From Clostridia bacterium (lineage in GTDB: Bacteria; Bacillota; Clostridia; TANB77; CAG-508): a stretch of 64,000 nucleotides of DNA. The DNA lies in NCBI GenBank assembly GCA_900759475.1, contig CAAEVK010000034.1, positions 204-64,203 on the forward strand. The letters run 5' to 3'. This document shows, piece by piece, positions 21,012-31,192 of the stretch (its first letter is position 1; each line of letters begins with the position of its first letter). The notes beneath the pieces are model-generated. The model was given only the letters and a program-made list of their open reading frames with translations, had not been told where the DNA came from and did not search any database. Position numbers and translations under genes: made by a program.

Positions 21012-22226
21012 ATGAATGTATTAATTATTACTAATTATTGCCAAACACCAAATGAAAAAGGTAATAATAGATTTAATTACATAGCAAAATTATTAACAGA
21101 TTATGGCCATGACGTTGAACTTTTAACATCTACTTTTTCACATAAAAGAAAAGAACAAAGAAAAACAGAAGAAGAGAAAATAGAAAGTGTAAGTTACAAA
21201 TTTACAATGCTATATGAACCTGGATATAAAAAAAATGTAACATTATCTAGATTTTACAGTCACAGGATATTTGGAAAAAATGTGGGAAAATATATAGAAT
21301 CTATGAAAAAGAGGCCAGATGTGATTTATTGTGCTATACCTAGCCTTGATGTTGGAGTTATAGTATGTAAATTTGCAAAAAAGCATAATATTCCTTTTAT
21401 AATAGATATACAAGACTTGTGGCCAGAGGCTTTTCAAATGGTATTCAAAGTGCCTGTTTTAAGAAACCTTGTTTTCTATCCGTTCAAGAGTCAGGCAAAT
21501 TACATATATTCACATGCAGATTCAATTATTGCTGTTTCACAAACTTATGCAAATAGAGCTCTAAAAGTTAATAAAAAAGCAAATGATGGTTTATCGGTAT
21601 TTTTGGGTACTGATTTAGAATATTTTGATAGTTTAAAGGGAGAAAATGCCACTAAAACTAAAATGGTAAAAGTTGTATATATAGGTACTTTAGGGCATAG
21701 TTATGATATAACAACTACTATTGAAGCAATTAAGATACTACAGGATAAAGAAATTAAAAATATTGAATTTATAGTTATGGGGGATGGACCTTTAAAAGAA
21801 AAATTTGAAAACTATGCTAAAGATAGAAAAATAAATGCAACATTTATGGGGAGATTACCATATGAAGAAATGGTAAAAATACTATGTGAATGTGATATTG
21901 CTGTGAATCCTATTGTCAAGGGAGCGGCACAAAGTATAATTAACAAAGTGGGAGATTATGCAGCTGCCGGATTACCTGTGGTAAATACTCAGGAATGTGA
22001 AGAATACAGAAATATTGTTACAAATTTTAAAATAGGTGTAAACTGTGAAAACAATAATAGTATCGACATGGCGAATAAGATTTATGAATTATACAACAAT
22101 GTAAACGAGAGAAAAGAGATGGGATTAAATAATAGAAAATTAGCAGAAGAAAAATTTGATAGAAAGAAAACATATATAAGAATATTAAAACTAATAGAAG
22201 AGTTTAAAAATAAGGAGGAAATATAA
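21012..22226 (+). CDS. GT4-family glycosyltransferase
   Basis: MNVLIITNY N-terminus. C-terminal GT-B region (GDGPLKEKF...). The start could instead be 20997. Confidence 0.7.
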   Translation: MNVLIITNYCQTPNEKGNNRFNYIAKLLTDYGHDVELLTSTFSHKRKEQRKTEEEKIESVSYKFTMLYEPGYKKNVTLSRFYSHRIFGKNVGKYIESMKKRPDVIYCAIPSLDVGVIVCKFAKKHNIPFIIDIQDLWPEAFQMVFKVPVLRNLVFYPFKSQANYIYSHADSIIAVSQTYANRALKVNKKANDGLSVFLGTDLEYFDSLKGENATKTKMVKVVYIGTLGHSYDITTTIEAIKILQDKEIKNIEFIVMGDGPLKEKFENYAKDRKINATFMGRLPYEEMVKILCECDIAVNPIVKGAAQSIINKVGDYAAAGLPVVNTQECEEYRNIVTNFKIGVNCENNNSIDMANKIYELYNNVNERKEMGLNNRKLAEEKFDRKKTYIRILKLIEEFKNKEEI

Positions 22227-22227
22227 A

Positions 22228-23307
22228 ATGAAATATGCATTAATTGGGTGTGGAAGAATTTCACCAAATCATATAGAAGCAGCATTAAATAATAATTTAG
22301 AGATAGTGGGCATTTGTGACATAGTACCAGAACACATGGACAGCTTATTAGAAAAACTTAATATAAACAAAGACCAAATAAAACACTATACAGATTATCA
22401 TGAAATGCTAGAAAAGGAAAAACCTGAATTAGTTGCTATTGCAACTGAAAGTGGAAAACATGCCAAAATTGCACTTGAATGTTTAGATTTAGGTGCTAAT
22501 TTAATTATTGAAAAACCTATTGCATTATCTTTAGAAGATGCAGATAAAATTATTAAAAAATCAAAAGAAAAAGGACTTGCTGTATGTGCAAACCACCAAA
22601 ATAGGTTTAATAAATCAATACAAAAAATTAGAAAAGCTGTTGAAGATGGAAGTTTTGGTAAAATGTTATATGGAACAGCACATATAAGATGGAATAGAGG
22701 AAAAGACTATTATACTCAAGCACCATGGAGAGGAACTTGGGAGCAAGATGGTGGTGCACTTATGAATCAATGCATCCATAATATTGATTTATTAAGATGG
22801 ATGATGGGTGATGAAGTATCAGAAGTATGTGCTTATACAGATAAATTAAACCATGATTACATAGAAGCAGAAGATTTAGGAATGGCTATAGTGAAATTTA
22901 AAAATGGTTCTTATGGAATAATTGAAGGCACAACAGATATATATCCTAAAAATTTAGAAGAAACTCTTTACTTATTTGGACAAAAAGGAACTGTTAAAGC
23001 AGGAGGAAAATCTGTTAATATTATAGAAGAATGGTTATTTGAAAATGAGAAAGAAGACCCTGAAAAAGTAAAACAAGAAAATAGTGAAATGCCAAAAAAT
23101 ATTTATGGATTCGGACATACTCCATTATATAAAAATGTAATAACAGCAATACAAAATCATACAAAACCATTAGTTGATGCTGAAGCTGGAAAAAGAGCAT
23201 TAGAATTGGTACTTGCTATATATAAATCTGCTGCAGAAGGAAAACCAGTAAAATTACCTTTAGATAAATGTTCTACAACAGATTTTACAGGAAGATTTGG
23301 AAAATAG
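22228..23307 (+). CDS. Gfo/Idh/MocA oxidoreductase (WbpB-like UDP-GlcNAcA 3-dehydrogenase candidate)
   Basis: N-terminal Rossmann ALIGCGRISPNH, EKP motif (LIIEKPIAL). Sits next to WbpE/WbpD/WbpA-like genes. Confidence 0.7.
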   Translation: MKYALIGCGRISPNHIEAALNNNLEIVGICDIVPEHMDSLLEKLNINKDQIKHYTDYHEMLEKEKPELVAIATESGKHAKIALECLDLGANLIIEKPIALSLEDADKIIKKSKEKGLAVCANHQNRFNKSIQKIRKAVEDGSFGKMLYGTAHIRWNRGKDYYTQAPWRGTWEQDGGALMNQCIHNIDLLRWMMGDEVSEVCAYTDKLNHDYIEAEDLGMAIVKFKNGSYGIIEGTTDIYPKNLEETLYLFGQKGTVKAGGKSVNIIEEWLFENEKEDPEKVKQENSEMPKNIYGFGHTPLYKNVITAIQNHTKPLVDAEAGKRALELVLAIYKSAAEGKPVKLPLDKCSTTDFTGRFGK

Positions 23308-23322
23308 AAAGAAGGTAGAATT

Positions 23323-24465
23323 ATGGAATATATAGATTTAAAAAAACAATATGAAGTTTTAAAAGGAAAAATAGATAATAATATTCAAAAGGTTTTAAAA
23401 GATGCTGATTATATAATGGGAGAAGAGGTAAAAATACTAGAAGAAAAATTAGCAAAATATGTTGGAAGAAAATACTGTGCTACATGTGCAAATGGGACAG
23501 ATGCATTAACAATAGCAATGAAAGTATTTGATATAAAAGAAAATGATGCAGTTTTTGTGCCAAGTTTTACATTTTATTCAACATCAGAAGTAGTTTCATT
23601 AGAAGGTGCAACACCAATATTTATTGATGTTGATGAAAGAACATTTAACATAGATACAAAAAAATTAGAAAAAGCAATAAAAAAAGTAATAGATGAAGGA
23701 AAATTAACACCAAGAGCCATTATACCAGTTGACTTATTTGGACAACCAGCAAATTTCAATGAGATACTAGAAATTGCAAACAAATATAATCTAAAAGTTA
23801 TAGAAGATGGAGCACAAGGATTTGGAGGAAGCATTAATGGTAAAAAGGCATGTTCTTTTGGTGAAATTTCTACAACATCATTTTTCCCAGCTAAACCATT
23901 AGGCTGTTATGGAGATGGCGGTGCAATTTTTACAGATGATGAAGAAATGTACAAAAAAATACTATCTATAAGAATACATGGGAAAGGTTCATATAAATAT
24001 GAAAATATAAGAGTAGGATTAAATTCCAGATTAGATACAATTCAAGCTGCTATTCTTTTAGCAAAATTAGAGGCATTTGAAGAATATGAACTAGATGAAA
24101 GAAATAAATTTGCAAAATTATATAATGAAAAATTAAAAGATGTTGTAAAAACACCACTAATCTTAGAAGGATATATAAGTAGTTATGCACAATATACATT
24201 AATACTAGAAAATGAAGAAGAAAGAAATAATTTGCAAGCAAAACTAAAAGAAATAGGAATTCCAACAATGATTTATTATCCTATTCCATTACATAAACAA
24301 ATAGTGTATAATGGTTATGATTTCAATCTAGAAGATTTAAAAGTTTCAGAAAATTTATGCAAATGTGTTTTAAGTTTGCCAATGCATCCATATATGAGTG
24401 AAGAACAAATAGAAACAATATCTAATGAAATAATAAAAATATTAAAAGAATTTAGAAATAATTAA
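23323..24465 (+). CDS. DegT-family aminotransferase (WbpE-like)
   Basis: 380 aa. NGTDALTIAM, SFFPAKPLGCYGDGGAIFT motifs of PLP sugar aminotransferases. Confidence 0.8.
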   Translation: MEYIDLKKQYEVLKGKIDNNIQKVLKDADYIMGEEVKILEEKLAKYVGRKYCATCANGTDALTIAMKVFDIKENDAVFVPSFTFYSTSEVVSLEGATPIFIDVDERTFNIDTKKLEKAIKKVIDEGKLTPRAIIPVDLFGQPANFNEILEIANKYNLKVIEDGAQGFGGSINGKKACSFGEISTTSFFPAKPLGCYGDGGAIFTDDEEMYKKILSIRIHGKGSYKYENIRVGLNSRLDTIQAAILLAKLEAFEEYELDERNKFAKLYNEKLKDVVKTPLILEGYISSYAQYTLILENEEERNNLQAKLKEIGIPTMIYYPIPLHKQIVYNGYDFNLEDLKVSENLCKCVLSLPMHPYMSEEQIETISNEIIKILKEFRNN

Positions 24466-24486
24466 GAATATTTTAAAGGTGAAATT

Positions 24487-25065
24487 ATGGAAAAAAAGAA
24501 TTTTTTTGTACATGAATCTAGTTACATAGATGAACCATGTACAATCGGAAAAGGGACAAAAATATGGCATTTTTCACATATAATGCAAAACTGTAAAATA
24601 GGCAATAATTGTAATATAGGACAAAATGTTGTAATTTCTCCAGATGTTATATTAGGTAATGGTGTAAAAATACAAAATAATGTTTCAGTATATACAGGGG
24701 TTATATGTGAAGATGATGTGTTTTTAGGTCCTTCATGTGTATTTACAAATGTAACAAATCCTAGAAGTTTTATTTCAAGGAGAAATGAATATAAAAAAAC
24801 AATAATAGGAAGGGGGGCTTCGATAGGAGCAAATGCAACCATTGTATGTGGACATAACATAGGAAAATATGCTTTTATAGCAGCTGGAGCTGTTGTTACA
24901 AAAGATGTACCAGATTATGCTCTTGTTATGGGAAATCCAGCTAGAGTAAAATACTATGTATGTGAGTGTGCAGAAAAAATGGTTTGGCAAAATAGTAAGT
25001 TTATATGTCCGTGTTGTGGAAAAAAATATATTCTTAAAGATGAACATGTAGAGGAAATATATTAA
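24487..25065 (+). CDS. left-handed beta-helix N-acetyltransferase (WbpD/WlbB-like) with C-terminal Cys4 tail
   Basis: Hexapeptide repeats (IGKGTKIWHFSHI..IGNNCNIGQNV..). The tail CECAEK...CPCCGK looks like a zinc ribbon. Confidence 0.75.
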   Translation: MEKKNFFVHESSYIDEPCTIGKGTKIWHFSHIMQNCKIGNNCNIGQNVVISPDVILGNGVKIQNNVSVYTGVICEDDVFLGPSCVFTNVTNPRSFISRRNEYKKTIIGRGASIGANATIVCGHNIGKYAFIAAGAVVTKDVPDYALVMGNPARVKYYVCECAEKMVWQNSKFICPCCGKKYILKDEHVEEIY

Positions 25066-25098
25066 AAAATATATAAAACAAGAAAGGGAGTTATTGAA

Positions 25099-26421
25099 AT
25101 GGGAATTAAAGAAAATTTATTAAATAAAATTGAAAAAAAAGAGATTACAGTAGGAGTTGTGGGATTAGGTTATGTTGGTTTGCCTCTTGCTGTTGAAAAA
25201 GCAAAAGCAGGTTTTAAAACAATTGGATTTGATGTACAAGAAGAAAAAGTAAAAATGGTTAATGAAGGACATAACTATATAGGTGATGTTGTTGATGATG
25301 ATTTGAAAAAAATAGTAAAACAAGGAATGTTTAAAGCAACATCAGATTTTTCTTTTATAAAAGATGTTGATTTTATTGCTATTTGTGTACCAACACCACT
25401 TGACGAACACCAACAACCAGATATTAGTTATGTAGAAAATAGTGCAAAAGAAATATCAAAATATTTATCAAAAGAAACAATGGTAGTATTAGAATCTACA
25501 ACATACCCAGGAACAACTGAAGAACTAATAAAACCAATTTTAGAAAACGGTTCAGGACTAAAATGTGGACAAGACTTTTATTTAGGATTTTCACCAGAAA
25601 GAGTTGATCCAGGAAATATGCTATATAAAACAAAAAATACTCCAAAAGTTGTAGGAGCAATAGGAAAAGAAGCAACAGAGGTTATTGCAAAAATGTATAG
25701 AGCTGTTCTTGGGGCTGATATACATGAAGTTTCATCTCCAGCAGTAGCAGAAATGGAGAAAATATTAGAAAATACATATAGAAATATTAATATAGGTTTA
25801 GTAAACGAATTAGCAATGTTATGTGAAAAAATGGGAATAAGTTTATGGGAAGTAGTAGATGCAGCTAAAACTAAGCCATATGGATTCCAACCATTCTACC
25901 CAGGACCAGGTCTTGGAGGACATTGTATTCCACTTGACCCATATTATTTAGATTGGAAAGCAAGAGAATATGGGTTCCATACATCATTAATACAAGCATC
26001 AGGAATTATAAATGATAGAATGCCAGAATATTGTGTTGAAAGAGCAAGTAAAATTCTAAGTTCAAAATTCAAAAAAGCAATGAATGGTGCAAAAGTTTTA
26101 GTACTTGGAGTTGCATATAAAAACGATATAGATGATTATAGAGAAAGTCCTGCATTAAAGGTAATAGAAGAATTACAAAAAGAAGGAGCAGAAGTAGAAT
26201 TCTATGATCCATGGATTAGCAAATATAAATATAAAGGTGAAATTCATGAAGGACTAGAAAAAATAGATGAAAAAATAGTAGCTGATTCTGATATTGTCAT
26301 ATTTACAGCAGCACATAGTAATTTTGATTATGACATGATCTCAAAAAATGCAAAAGCTATTTTTGACACAAGAAATGCTATGAAGAATGTAAAAAATAGA
26401 GACAATATTGAGTTATTGTAA
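25099..26421 (+). CDS. nucleotide-sugar 6-dehydrogenase (WbpA/WecC/TviB-like)
   Basis: 440 aa. VGVVGLGYVGLPLA Rossmann motif and catalytic GLGGHCIPLDP motif. Confidence 0.85.
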   Translation: MGIKENLLNKIEKKEITVGVVGLGYVGLPLAVEKAKAGFKTIGFDVQEEKVKMVNEGHNYIGDVVDDDLKKIVKQGMFKATSDFSFIKDVDFIAICVPTPLDEHQQPDISYVENSAKEISKYLSKETMVVLESTTYPGTTEELIKPILENGSGLKCGQDFYLGFSPERVDPGNMLYKTKNTPKVVGAIGKEATEVIAKMYRAVLGADIHEVSSPAVAEMEKILENTYRNINIGLVNELAMLCEKMGISLWEVVDAAKTKPYGFQPFYPGPGLGGHCIPLDPYYLDWKAREYGFHTSLIQASGIINDRMPEYCVERASKILSSKFKKAMNGAKVLVLGVAYKNDIDDYRESPALKVIEELQKEGAEVEFYDPWISKYKYKGEIHEGLEKIDEKIVADSDIVIFTAAHSNFDYDMISKNAKAIFDTRNAMKNVKNRDNIELL

Positions 26422-26441
26422 ATTTTATAGGAGGACTTCAA

Positions 26442-27524
26442 ATGGGGAATAGTGGAAGTGATAAGCCGGAAAAACCTTGTAACAGAAGAGAGAATCATTT
26501 AATTAGTATCGGAAGAAAAAGAAATTTTGGATATTTAATAATAGGAATGTTATTAATAATTATTTTAGTTTCGAATTTAATAATTGCATTATGGTTTAAT
26601 AATAAATTAAATAAAATAAATGGAAACATACAAAGTAAAATATCATTGATCGATGATGATAAAAAATTTTTTGATTATGAAGGTTTAAGGGATTATCAAG
26701 AAAACTATGATTCAACAAAACAATATTTTAGTTATACAAAACAAGACTTGCAAAAACAAGATACTGTTTTAAAAGATGATAATGGAATTGCATTAACTAA
26801 ATATAAAGATGAAAGTAGATATAATCCAGTTACAATATCGCAATATGGTTTAAAGCAATATAGTAATTACATAGAAACTGGAGACAATCAATATTATGAC
26901 AAAGCAAAAATTCAAGCAGATTATTTAATTAATGTTCAAGATAAAGAAACGGGTAAATTTTATTATGATTATGACTTTAAGGTAAGTGGAACAAATCAAA
27001 CTTTAAAAGCTCCGTGGTCTTCTGCAATGGCACAGGGACAAGTTATATCTTTACTTGTAAGAATTTATTCTGTTAGTGGTGATGAAAAGTATATAGAAGC
27101 ATCTAAATTAGCAATGAAACCACTTACAATATCTGTACAAGATGGAGGATTAAAAGCAGATTTCTTTGGATATGATTACTATGAAGAATATCCAACAATA
27201 CCTGAATCATACACATTAAATGGATTTATGTTTACATTAATAGGATTATATGACTTATACAATGTAACTGGTGATACACAAGCCCAAGAATTATATAATA
27301 AAGGGATAGAAACATTAGAATATTGCTTACCTTTTTATGATAGTACAGGAATTAGTTTATATCACCTAGCACATTTAACAGATAGGAATTTGCCACTACA
27401 TTATTCAGAAAGCTATCACACAATTCATATAATACAACTAAAGACTCTTGATCAAATTGAAGATAATTCTACATTTAAATATTATATAAATAGATGGGAA
27501 GGTTATGTAAAGGAGAACTCATAA
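26442..27524 (+). CDS. membrane-anchored D-glucuronyl C5-epimerase-like protein
   Basis: N-terminal TM anchor. NPVTISQYGL and PWSSAMAQGQVISLLVRIY resemble the C5-epimerase C-terminal domain family. Confidence 0.6.
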   Translation: MGNSGSDKPEKPCNRRENHLISIGRKRNFGYLIIGMLLIIILVSNLIIALWFNNKLNKINGNIQSKISLIDDDKKFFDYEGLRDYQENYDSTKQYFSYTKQDLQKQDTVLKDDNGIALTKYKDESRYNPVTISQYGLKQYSNYIETGDNQYYDKAKIQADYLINVQDKETGKFYYDYDFKVSGTNQTLKAPWSSAMAQGQVISLLVRIYSVSGDEKYIEASKLAMKPLTISVQDGGLKADFFGYDYYEEYPTIPESYTLNGFMFTLIGLYDLYNVTGDTQAQELYNKGIETLEYCLPFYDSTGISLYHLAHLTDRNLPLHYSESYHTIHIIQLKTLDQIEDNSTFKYYINRWEGYVKENS

Positions 27525-28627
27525 TGAAAATTATAATGGTTTTAACAAATGGTTTTTTTCCAGATTTAAGGGTATACAAAGAAGCAAAATATTTATCTAA
27601 AAATGGACATGATGTAGAAATTCTGTGTTGGGATAGAGATGGAAGATATAAAGAGAAACCAGTAGAACAAATTGAAAAAATAAAAATTATACGTTTTTGT
27701 GGAAATGAAAAATATGGTAGTGGATTAAAACAGATTTCTGGACTGATGAAATTTAAAAATGAATGTAAAAAATATTTGAAAAATGAACAAATAAATTATG
27801 ATTACATTCACTGCCATGACTTGGATGGAATGGTTGTTGGATGGTTAATACATAAACATGGAGATAAAATAGTATTTGACATGCATGAATATTATAATTC
27901 TGGTAGTTATGCAAAAATTTATTTTATAGTAAAAAGACTTTTAAAATTTATGCAAAATAAAAGTTATAAAATAATTCATGTTAATGAAAAACAAATAGAA
28001 GCGATTTCTCCAAAAAACAAAGATAAATTAGTATACCTACCTAATTATCCTGAAGCAGAAAAATTTGAAAGCGTAAAACATATTCCATCAAACAAACTCA
28101 GAATTATGTATGCAGGATATGTAAGATATTTAGTACCATTAACTAATTTAATAAATGCAACCAAAGATATGGAGAATGTAAAGGTCTCAATTCACGGTAC
28201 AGGAACGTGCTGGGATAATATAAAAAAAATGGAAGAGTTTAGTAAAAACTTAGAAGTTACAGGTGAATTTAAACATGAAGAAATTAATAAATTTTATTCT
28301 GAATCAGATATTATTTATGTAGTATATAACAAAGGAAACAAAAATGATGAAACAGCTTTACCAACTAAGTTTTTTGAGTCTATTATCAGCGGAGTACCTC
28401 TTATAGTTTCTAAAGACTCTTTAATGGAGAAAACAGTAGAAAAATATGATATTGGCTTTAGTGTAGATGGAACTAATGAAGAAAATATAAAAAAATTAAT
28501 AGAAAGCATACAAAATAATAGAGAAATCTTAGAGCAAAAAAAGAGAAATATTGAAAAAATAAAAAATAAATTTATTTGGGAAGATGTAGTAAAAAATTTA
28601 GATAAAATATATGGGAGAAATAATTAA
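27524..28627 (+). CDS. GT-B fold glycosyltransferase, tandem paralog 1
   Basis: ATG 27524 overlaps the preceding stop (TAATG). Clear paralog of the next gene (RVYKEAKYL, YVVYNKGNKND, FIWEDVVKNLDKIY). Confidence 0.65.
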   Translation: MKIIMVLTNGFFPDLRVYKEAKYLSKNGHDVEILCWDRDGRYKEKPVEQIEKIKIIRFCGNEKYGSGLKQISGLMKFKNECKKYLKNEQINYDYIHCHDLDGMVVGWLIHKHGDKIVFDMHEYYNSGSYAKIYFIVKRLLKFMQNKSYKIIHVNEKQIEAISPKNKDKLVYLPNYPEAEKFESVKHIPSNKLRIMYAGYVRYLVPLTNLINATKDMENVKVSIHGTGTCWDNIKKMEEFSKNLEVTGEFKHEEINKFYSESDIIYVVYNKGNKNDETALPTKFFESIISGVPLIVSKDSLMEKTVEKYDIGFSVDGTNEENIKKLIESIQNNREILEQKKRNIEKIKNKFIWEDVVKNLDKIYGRNN

Positions 28628-29751
28628 TGAAAAATGTAAAAATGTTGTTGGCAAATGGATTTGCTCCAGATATAAGAGTATATAAAGAGGCGAAATATTT
28701 AAATGAACAGGGATGCAATGTAGAAATAATGTGCATAGACTTAAAAAATGATTATAAAGATAAACCAGAAGAGATATATAATGGAATAAAAATTAAAAGA
28801 TTTTATCCAAGAACAGAAAAGACAACAGAAAAGATAAACAATAATAAAATTATAGGAAAATTAAAATACTTTATATATTTTTTTTGGCTACTTAAATTTA
28901 TAAAAGAATGTAAGAAGTATGTGAAAAATGAAGATTTTGAAATTTTACATTGTCATGATTTAACAATGGCTTTCTGCGGAGTAGTTTTTTTTAGAAATAA
29001 AAAAATAGTATTTGATATGCATGAATATTATTCAAACAAAAAAAATAAGTTTTTAAACTGGATAATAGATAAGATTGTAAAATATACTCAAAAAAGAGCA
29101 ACATGGATTGTACATGTAAATAACTTTCAAGTAAAAGATGTAAAACAAAGAGAAAAACTTGTATTTATACCTAATTATCCTCAAAAGGAAAAATTTAAAA
29201 ATTTTAATAGAGTAAAATCTGATAAGTTTAGGATAAGTTATACAGGTTATGTAAGACATTATATACCACTACTAAATTTAATAAAAGCAGCAAACGGGCT
29301 AGAAAATATAGAAGTTTCTATTAATGGTTCAGGAGATGCGTATGAGAAACTAAAAAAAGAAGAAGGAAAGCTTAAAAATTTTGTGCTAACAGGTTCATAT
29401 AATCATGATGATATTGCCAAATTTTATGAAAATTCAGACATGCTATATGTAGTATATAATAAAGGAAATAAAAACGACAAAACAGCATTTCCAACAAAAT
29501 TTTATGAAGCAATGATCACTAATACTCCTGTTATAGTTTCTAAAAATACTGATATGGGAGATTATGTGGAAAAGAATGATATAGGTATTACGGTTGATGG
29601 TACAGATTATTTAGATATAAAAGCCAAATTAGAGCCAATTGTTAATAATAAGGAGATATTAAAACAGAAAAGTGAAAATATAAATAAAATTTCATCAAAA
29701 TTTATATGGGAAAATATTGTAAGAAATTTAGACAAAATATATAATAGTTAA
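28627..29751 (+). CDS. GT-B fold glycosyltransferase, tandem paralog 2
   Basis: Start overlaps the preceding stop. Shares the motifs of 27524..28627 along its full length. Confidence 0.65.
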   Translation: MKNVKMLLANGFAPDIRVYKEAKYLNEQGCNVEIMCIDLKNDYKDKPEEIYNGIKIKRFYPRTEKTTEKINNNKIIGKLKYFIYFFWLLKFIKECKKYVKNEDFEILHCHDLTMAFCGVVFFRNKKIVFDMHEYYSNKKNKFLNWIIDKIVKYTQKRATWIVHVNNFQVKDVKQREKLVFIPNYPQKEKFKNFNRVKSDKFRISYTGYVRHYIPLLNLIKAANGLENIEVSINGSGDAYEKLKKEEGKLKNFVLTGSYNHDDIAKFYENSDMLYVVYNKGNKNDKTAFPTKFYEAMITNTPVIVSKNTDMGDYVEKNDIGITVDGTDYLDIKAKLEPIVNNKEILKQKSENINKISSKFIWENIVRNLDKIYNS

Positions 29752-29764
29752 TATAGGAGAAAAG

Positions 29765-31192
29765 ATGAAAGAAAAAATAAAGAACAAAACAAAGATATTA
29801 TTTAATAAAATAGATAATTGTAAATATTTTGGATTTATTGGAATTATATTGTATAAAATTATACTAGATTTTGCATATATGGTGTTTATACAACCATATG
29901 TAAAAGAATGGTATAAAATTGATTTTAATATATATAAATTTATTTTAGGTTATATATTAGTTATTTTGTTATATGTAATAATTAATAGATTAAATGGCAA
30001 ATTAAGTAAATTCATGGTGAAACTTCTATTTTGTCTGATGTTTATCCCGATTTCGACAATATATGCTGGAAAAAATTTTTCAACAATAAATTTTTTATTA
30101 TTTTTTATGGAGTTTATTATTATAATATTCACTATAAAAATACTTGAGTACATGGAAGAAAAAAAGAAAAAAAATAGAATAGTAAATGATGATGGAAAAA
30201 CCAAAGACAACAAGTTTATTAAAATAACAACAAAAGTTATATATTATGGTTTTATAATAAATACAATATTTGTTTTACTTGCATGCTCTTATTATAATGG
30301 ATTACCTAGTTTAACAGCATTAAATTTAGAAGAAGTTTATGAAGTAAGAGAGTCTTTTTATTTACCAAAATTAATAAATTACTTATATAATTTTGAAATT
30401 ACATTTATATTAACATTTTTGATAGTTTTGTACATACATAAAAGATCTTATATCAAATTGACTCTATCTATTATTGCTTTGTTAGTTACATATTTATACA
30501 AGGGCGATAAAATGACACTTTTGTCATTATTTCTGGTTGTAGGAGTATATTTTATATTTAGATTATTTGAAAAACATAAGAAGTTAGACAAGATAGATAA
30601 TTATATTGCACCTGCTTTAGCAATAATGATAGTATTTTCTATATTAACATATAAAATATATAATATGTTTTATGCAGTATTAGTAAGTAGATTATTAATA
30701 ACTCCAGCTAATTTAAAGTTTTGGCATATGAATTTTTTTGCTCATAATCCTAAAATAGGGATAGTAGGAACCTTATTAAATGCAATAATAAAATTTCCAG
30801 ATCCATATGCTGAAATACCATATCAGAATTTGATATCAGGGTTATATACTGGAAATTATGAAACATATGCAAATACAGGTTTTTTATCTGAGGGATTTGC
30901 AAGATTCGGATATATTGGGTTAATTATTTTGCCAATAATTCTAGGACTAATAATATATTTTATTAATAACAAAGGTTTAAAAAAAGGCGAACTATGTTTT
31001 ATAGCTGGAATATCAATATATCCACTCATGAACTTGAATGATGGATATTTATTAGGTTCATTGATGTTTGGAGCAATACTTTTATTAGTTATTGTAGTAC
31101 TATTTTTCGACACAAATTATGTTTGTGAAAACAAGAAAAATATAAGATTATTTAATAAAAGTAGAAATTTAGAAAATAAGGAGGAGTTGTAG
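29765..31192 (+). CDS. polytopic membrane protein, Wzy-like repeat-unit polymerase candidate
   Basis: 475 aa with more than 10 predicted hydrophobic segments, located inside the glycan locus. No soluble-domain motif. Confidence 0.45.
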   Translation: MKEKIKNKTKILFNKIDNCKYFGFIGIILYKIILDFAYMVFIQPYVKEWYKIDFNIYKFILGYILVILLYVIINRLNGKLSKFMVKLLFCLMFIPISTIYAGKNFSTINFLLFFMEFIIIIFTIKILEYMEEKKKKNRIVNDDGKTKDNKFIKITTKVIYYGFIINTIFVLLACSYYNGLPSLTALNLEEVYEVRESFYLPKLINYLYNFEITFILTFLIVLYIHKRSYIKLTLSIIALLVTYLYKGDKMTLLSLFLVVGVYFIFRLFEKHKKLDKIDNYIAPALAIMIVFSILTYKIYNMFYAVLVSRLLITPANLKFWHMNFFAHNPKIGIVGTLLNAIIKFPDPYAEIPYQNLISGLYTGNYETYANTGFLSEGFARFGYIGLIILPIILGLIIYFINNKGLKKGELCFIAGISIYPLMNLNDGYLLGSLMFGAILLLVIVVLFFDTNYVCENKKNIRLFNKSRNLENKEEL

